Assembly: GCA_017540505.1 (NCBI GenBank)
Contig: JAFYAW010000012.1
Span: forward strand, 13,847-77,846
Direction: 5' to 3'
DNA: 64,000 nt
Source: Bacteroidales bacterium
GTDB taxonomy: Bacteria; Bacteroidota; Bacteroidia; Bacteroidales; WCHB1-69
In this document: positions 63,734 to 64,000 of the stretch, piece by piece
Position numbering within the stretch: position 1 is the first letter of the stretch
Layout: every line of letters starts with the position of its first letter
Program-made: the position numbers and the translations under genes
Notes under the pieces: model-generated
What the model saw: only the letters and a program-made list of their open reading frames with translations
The model's database searches: none
Told to the model about the DNA's origin: nothing

Positions 63734-64000
63734 CTTGATGATTCTAAATAGCTGTTCTGCTTGTCAATAACTTCAAATTCGGAATTCTGGCTCTTGTATT
63801 CGTGAACCACCTCCTTCATCTGCGCCACGATGGTGAAATCGTCCTCGTTTTGCAGGTCGATGAGCTTCTGGATGGCGGGTGCCAACGTCTCATACTCATA
63901 CGTGCGCACCTTGGCGATCATGATTTTTTTGTGTTCCGTCTTGATGGTGTTCTCCTCCGTGGCTAATAATTCCTCATACAGTTTCTCACCCGGCCGCAAA
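63730..64000 (-). CDS. polysaccharide biosynthesis protein, CapD/WbpM-like nucleotide-sugar dehydratase/epimerase; C-terminal part only, 5' end outside the window
   Basis: RPGEKLYEELLATEENTIKTEHKKIMIAKV is the conserved C-terminal block of the CapD/FlaA1 family. Confidence 0.7.
   Translation of the reverse strand, partial: LRPGEKLYEELLATEENTIKTEHKKIMIAKVRTYEYETLAPAIQKLIDLQNEDDFTIVAQMKEVVHEYKSQNSEFEVIDKQNSYLESSR

Noticed and set aside
1-64000. Search for CRISPR arrays, tRNA/rRNA genes, integrases, transposases with IRs, and prophage blocks.
   Set aside because: I saw no regularly spaced 25-40-nt repeats, no tRNA-like T-arm motifs in the spacers, no rRNA-like sequence, and no integrase or phage structural genes.

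Overview
Chromosomal window from a Bacteroidota (Bacteroidales-like) genome. I call about 55 protein-coding genes and saw no rRNA, tRNA or CRISPR array. Lineage signals: 19 intergenic TAnnTTTG -7 promoter boxes, six type IX secretion (T9SS) C-terminal sorting domains (CTDs), a FISUMP-domain protein and a GlsA/GlsB-like lipoamino-acid gene pair. Core content: manA, a carboxynorspermidine-dehydrogenase-like gene, rfbB, an MBOAT/AlgJ-like O-acyltransferase pair, a minus-strand cell-wall cluster (ddl, two GH73-LysM paralogs, an M23 peptidase, an orphan family-5 substrate-binding lipoprotein), a HydABC-type [FeFe]-hydrogenase operon, radA, a PurF-like gene, a low-molecular-weight tyrosine phosphatase and polysaccharide genes at the right edge. 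Accessory content: an Rpn/PD-(D/E)XK nuclease gene with a 12-nt coding tandem repeat, an MNT-HepT toxin-antitoxin pair, and several large T9SS cargo genes. Items I rate most worth follow-up: (1) a membrane-tethered LytTR + winged-helix regulator whose divergent spacer is packed with AlgR-box-like repeats, directly upstream of an AT-rich T9SS cargo islet (19.3-25.8 kb) with a duplicated leader and signal peptide and a sharp compositional break inside one ORF; (2) a translationally coupled small lipoprotein-like ORF plus radical SAM/SPASM-like enzyme of unknown chemistry (3976-5443); (3) a 1573-aa Cys-rich PKD/Ig-repeat protein whose T9SS CTD lies in a separate, frame-shifted 132-aa ORF (57638-62754); (4) a C10 cysteine protease fused to an HExxH metalloprotease and a CTD (48853-51852). 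All calls rest on reading motifs in the supplied translations and DNA; no database search was run.
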